Source: a virus | Lineage: Duplodnaviria > Caudoviricetes | Strand: one strand, 5' to 3' | Virus record (IMG/VR): IMGVR_UViG_3300020042_013168 | Coordinates: 1 to 29,184 of that record | Length of the DNA stretch: 29,184 bases | Notes under the pieces: model-generated | What the model saw: only the letters and a program-made list of their open reading frames with translations | Told to the model about the DNA's origin: nothing | The model's database searches: none | Shown here: positions 25,853 to 29,184 of the stretch, one piece after another | Position numbering within the stretch: position 1 is the stretch's first letter | Layout: each line of letters starts with the position of its first letter | Made by a program: the position numbers and the translations under genes

Positions 25853-26316
25853 TATCCTCCGAATTTCTGTTTATCCTTCTCTACTGATGCTTTGTATACT
25901 GATGCTGCTTTTTTAACAAAATCAAATTGTGATATGTCTAATCCTGGTTCTGGTCTTGCAAAATTTTCTTCCATCATTGTTGGTTGATCATATGATTGCA
26001 TGCCTAATCCTGGTGCTTGTACCATTTGTGACATGTCGGGTCGGTATCCACCACCTCCCTGATTTACCATTTGTGCTCTTGTTTCTTGCAGTAAATCAGC
26101 AATTGGATCTCCTGTTGAGATAGGTGCTTTATATGTACTTACAACTGGTTTGTGTTCCTCGTGTTTAGTGAAGCTTCTATTTGGTACTCCATATCCTCCC
26201 TCACCTATTGCTGTCTTAGTGGGTTTAGTTGGTTCCGATAAAATCTCATCTAAGGCATCTTTTACTGCTTCTTGGACGGCTTCTTTTATTAATTTTTTTA
26301 AAAGTTCTACTTTCAT
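25852..26316 (-). CDS. hypothetical protein with MKVELLKKLIKEAV leader
   Basis: Coupled ORF; amphipathic N-terminal helix, low-complexity middle, DPIADLLQET motif. Confidence 0.7.
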   Translation of the reverse strand: MKVELLKKLIKEAVQEAVKDALDEILSEPTKPTKTAIGEGGYGVPNRSFTKHEEHKPVVSTYKAPISTGDPIADLLQETRAQMVNQGGGGYRPDMSQMVQAPGLGMQSYDQPTMMEENFARPEPGLDISQFDFVKKAASVYKASVEKDKQKFGG

Positions 26317-26328
26317 ATAAATAAATAG
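26316..26328 (-). promoter_or_regulatory. tandem TATTTAT motif, putative late promoter
   Basis: Coding strand CTATTTATTTAT directly before the ATG. Confidence 0.5.
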
Positions 26329-26333
26329 TTATG

Positions 26334-27332
26334 TTATGCTAATTGATTATCTATTCTAAATTTAATTTCATCTAAAAGAACTTGTGTATCTGCACTAAAC
26401 GATGATGGCCCTTGTAAGACCACTATTCCTCTTCTATCTCTCGCTATTGCAAATCTTTTTGGAGCTACGGATGGTGAGTTTAGATCTTCTACTATTTCTA
26501 GCTTATATCCTCCATATTCAAAAGCAGGATTTGTTTGGCCTGTGTCTGGTCCGGTTGCTATGGTAGAGTTTCCGCTGTTTGGTGGTTGTATTGCTGCTAG
26601 TACTGCGTCAATATTTTGAATGTCGGTTGTATCTGTTAGGTTGTTTAAGAAACATCTCTCAATATATGCATCTAAAGAATCTAACTTACTTGTAATTCCT
26701 TGTGTAACTCCTCCTATTGATTCGACTATTGATGTTATTGCTTTTGATTCTTGTTGTAAAGTGTCTAATTGTTTATTCAGCTTTACTAGTGAATTACTGT
26801 ATTTTGTTAGTACATTTATTGGAATACCCACTCCTCCTGTTTGCGGAGGTATTATTGCAGTTGGTGCAGGAATGGATGTTATCACTTGTATTGCCAACTT
26901 TATGATACTTACCGCAGTATCTATATTTGCTGCTACTGGGCGAAACGTGTTAACTCTTTTATCTAGGCCTGTTACTGCTTTTTTTAAATTATTTTTTATT
27001 TTAATAATTCGCTGTAGCTCTTTTTCTGGAGGGCATTTGTTTATAAATTTAGAGATTGCTTCATTAACTCTCGTGTTTACTTCTGCTACCAGCTTGCCCC
27101 TAATAGCTCCTACTTGAGATGCTATTACTGCTGATATTCCTCCTTTTAGGCCACCTGCTTTATATGCGTTGTTTATTGTTCGTGCTAATGCTCTTGCTTT
27201 TTCAAATTTTGCAATAGTAGCTTCAATTTTAGCTTTTGCTTGTGCAACGGCTACCTTTGCAGCTTCAATTTTAGCTTTGGTTGCCTCTACTTCTGCTTTT
27301 GCTTGTGCTAAACTCTGCTCTGTTGTTGCCAT
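26334..27332 (-). CDS. helical/coiled-coil putative virion protein
   Basis: Ala/Lys heptad N-terminus, IPAPTAIIPP..GIP hinge; lies between the spike-like and gp25-like genes. Confidence 0.6.
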   Translation of the reverse strand: MATTEQSLAQAKAEVEATKAKIEAAKVAVAQAKAKIEATIAKFEKARALARTINNAYKAGGLKGGISAVIASQVGAIRGKLVAEVNTRVNEAISKFINKCPPEKELQRIIKIKNNLKKAVTGLDKRVNTFRPVAANIDTAVSIIKLAIQVITSIPAPTAIIPPQTGGVGIPINVLTKYSNSLVKLNKQLDTLQQESKAITSIVESIGGVTQGITSKLDSLDAYIERCFLNNLTDTTDIQNIDAVLAAIQPPNSGNSTIATGPDTGQTNPAFEYGGYKLEIVEDLNSPSVAPKRFAIARDRRGIVVLQGPSSFSADTQVLLDEIKFRIDNQLA

Positions 27333-28474
27333 TATTCTGTAAACACTTTTTTAGATTTAAACTGATTTATCTGTGTTTTTAGTGAACCTACTACTGCATT
27401 TAATTCAGGGCCTACCATGTTAAGTTGTATTACTGGTCCTCCACTTACTGATGTTGCTGATGTCATTGCAGTTGCTACGTGTTGTAGTGTATCCAACAAT
27501 GTATTCATCCAGATTTCAAACTGGCCTCCTAGTATTACTGGCTGTTTTGTAACACTTGCTGTTCTTGCTCCTACTCCTAAGTATATCTTTTTTGCATCTA
27601 CACAAAAATAATCGCTAGCGTCGAGGTTTATTGTAGTTGCGTTTAATCCTACAGATTCCTTTGCAGATAGTAGTATACTCTCTTCTTTTGCATTAAAAAA
27701 TAGCCTTCCTCCATTTACCAGTACTTGATTACCTCTGTATTGGTTAGCTGATTGTGGAGCAAGATCATAGGAATCTCTTTTATTATTTACTTGAGTTAGT
27801 GCTATTTTGTGGTCTGATACTAGGTATATTGAATTATAATCCTTATCAATGTTCTCTTCAATTAGATCTGAACCGTTGTCCGTTGTGATTTGTCCGTTGC
27901 TAAGTACTACAATGGGTTTACCGTTATTTACAGTATCAATGATAGTTGAGGTGCTTCCTTTAAATCCCCCAAACCGCATTGATTGTCCTAATCTACCCTC
28001 TAACAGCATATCTCCTGGGTTAGCTTGTAATGGGTTTATTGTTGCCGAGTCTTCTAAACCTCCTAGTATACTATCTTGCCACTCCTGCTGCTTAGTATCA
28101 GGTGATGCATTGTGTTGTGGATGATTCCATATATTTATTATATCAGTCCAGTACTTTGTATTTGGACCTATTTTACCTCCTTGACCTGATGCCGGTCTTG
28201 CTTCAATCTTTACAAGTTCTCCTGGTAGTGGTATGGTTCGTATGTTTGCAGTTCCTTGGTAAGCTGTTCCTAGTCCTTGTGTGTTTGCTTCGTCTGTAGC
28301 TACTTTAGGAATTCGGTATATTACAGCATTAATCATAGAAGCATCTTTACAGTCAGGATCGTCTAGGGAAAGTATAGTCTTAACAACCCTAACATACTGT
28401 GATGTGTTTGATTTTTTACTTGTTGCAGACCCTTTAGTAGGCTTTCCTGCTGTAAAATGTGAAGTAAATGCCAT
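27332..28474 (-). CDS. baseplate central spike (gp5/VgrG-like)
   Basis: OB-fold-like IPLPGELV, GDMLLEGRLGQSMRFG, beta-helix-like repeats, QPVILG; synteny with gp25/gp6. Confidence 0.68.
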   Translation of the reverse strand: MAFTSHFTAGKPTKGSATSKKSNTSQYVRVVKTILSLDDPDCKDASMINAVIYRIPKVATDEANTQGLGTAYQGTANIRTIPLPGELVKIEARPASGQGGKIGPNTKYWTDIINIWNHPQHNASPDTKQQEWQDSILGGLEDSATINPLQANPGDMLLEGRLGQSMRFGGFKGSTSTIIDTVNNGKPIVVLSNGQITTDNGSDLIEENIDKDYNSIYLVSDHKIALTQVNNKRDSYDLAPQSANQYRGNQVLVNGGRLFFNAKEESILLSAKESVGLNATTINLDASDYFCVDAKKIYLGVGARTASVTKQPVILGGQFEIWMNTLLDTLQHVATAMTSATSVSGGPVIQLNMVGPELNAVVGSLKTQINQFKSKKVFTE

Positions 28475-28824
28475 TATCTTTCTTCGTTATTATCTAGGTT
28501 TTTTCCCAACTCCTCACTTTGCTCCATTAGTTTTGCAAGTTCTTCTGGATTGAAAAAGTCTGCTTCTGTTGATTTACCTGATCCTTCTATTCGTTGAACT
28601 ATTGCTAACATCTTAATTAAGTGTTCATCATTCTTAACTCCTACTTCTAAGTACTCCTTAATCATAGGTACAACAAGTGATGCATCCCCTATGTTCTCAA
28701 CAAGAGGTTTCAGCTCACCAATAAGAGCATTAATCTGCTTTTCCTTATTTCTCGAATTATCATACACCTCCTTTAATACATCGGAGACTGTCTTTTTTCC
28801 AAAGATTACTGTATCTAGTGCCAT
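28474..28824 (-). CDS. helical hypothetical phage protein
   Basis: VVPMIKEYLEVGVKNDEHLIK; TAATG-coupled to the spike gene. Confidence 0.7.
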   Translation of the reverse strand: MALDTVIFGKKTVSDVLKEVYDNSRNKEKQINALIGELKPLVENIGDASLVVPMIKEYLEVGVKNDEHLIKMLAIVQRIEGSGKSTEADFFNPEELAKLMEQSEELGKNLDNNEER

Positions 28825-28836
28825 AAGTGTTTTGTA

Positions 28837-28844
28837 TATAAATA
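28837..28844 (-). promoter_or_regulatory. TATTTATA motif, putative late promoter
   Basis: Lies in the 22-nt gap at the head of the structural operon. Confidence 0.55.
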
Positions 28845-28846
28845 TC

Positions 28847-29182
28847 TTACCTAGTTGTATATTCTACTAAAAAGCCGTTTGTAGTATATGTACTGTAGAT
28901 TTCTCGAAACTCATCCCTTAGTCTGTTTACAACTCTAGTTAAGGTTGGTGTTTCACACTCAGTCATCTCCCTGATGTATATGTACAGTGCTTTCTTTTTA
29001 AAAATATCTAAATCGTATCGAGTTTTGAAAAGTGTTAATATTGCATCTGCTACTTGCTGCTCTGATTCTTTTGTGAATAGCTCTTCTAGGTTTGTGTAGC
29101 AATGCTCTACAAAATTATCAACAATCGTTTTAAGCTCTATAGATCTTTGTGATTCGTAAATCGATCCTGCCTCATATGAATC
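28847..29182 (-). CDS. C-terminal part of a probable phage sigma-factor-like protein (partial)
   Basis: Read by hand: ...VADAILTLFKTRYDLDIFKKKALYIYIREMTECETPTLTRVVNRLR...EYTTR*, with an HTH-like end. The ORF is clear, but the sigma call rests on recalled similarity and the diagnostic region lies outside the window. Confidence 0.5.
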   Translation of the reverse strand, partial: DSYEAGSIYESQRSIELKTIVDNFVEHCYTNLEELFTKESEQQVADAILTLFKTRYDLDIFKKKALYIYIREMTECETPTLTRVVNRLRDEFREIYSTYTTNGFLVEYTTR

Positions 29183-29184
29183 TT

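Noticed and set aside
27219-27310. 18-bp direct repeat at 42-bp spacing
   Set aside because: Simply encodes the KAKIEA heptad duplication of a coiled coil.
157-28553. All plus-strand ORFs in the track
   Set aside because: They are antisense shadows of long minus-strand genes, with no motifs and mostly non-ATG starts.
1-29184. Stop-codon reassignment
   Set aside because: Genes tile the window intact under the standard bacterial code, with no fragmentation at TAG or TGA.
1-29184. tRNA, rRNA or structured ncRNA genes
   Set aside because: After adding the small ORFs, no intergenic gap exceeds about 70 nt and no cloverleaf motifs were seen.

Overview
AT-rich, densely packed segment of a large (probably jumbo) myovirus-type phage genome. 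Every credible gene is on the minus strand, and many are coupled by TAATG/ATGA overlaps. The right half (~12980-29184) is a contractile-tail baseplate/fibre module: a probable sigma-factor C-terminus, gp5-like spike, gp25-like, gp6-like, gp7-like, DUF3751-like proteins and a HAEG-repeat fibre. The left half (~1-12970) holds a primase, a PD-(D/E)XK exonuclease and an accessory island: two Pol-beta-fold nucleotidyltransferases (one in a 936-aa polyprotein with a HIGH-type and two zincin domains), a HAD nucleotidase, a CCA-type HD domain, a minimal kinase, an LRR-like protein, ferritin and a cupin. The absence of Shine-Dalgarno motifs and two TTG-N20-TATATT promoters suggest a Bacteroidota host. 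The strongest signal is three tandem, otherwise unrelated genes sharing an identical 20-aa N-terminal leader (synonymous changes only) ending in (L/I)(L/I)xE. Together with similar leaders and internal xxE junctions in neighbouring enzymes, this suggests a capsid-targeted, protease-matured cargo kit injected at infection. All calls come from motif reading only; no database search was run.
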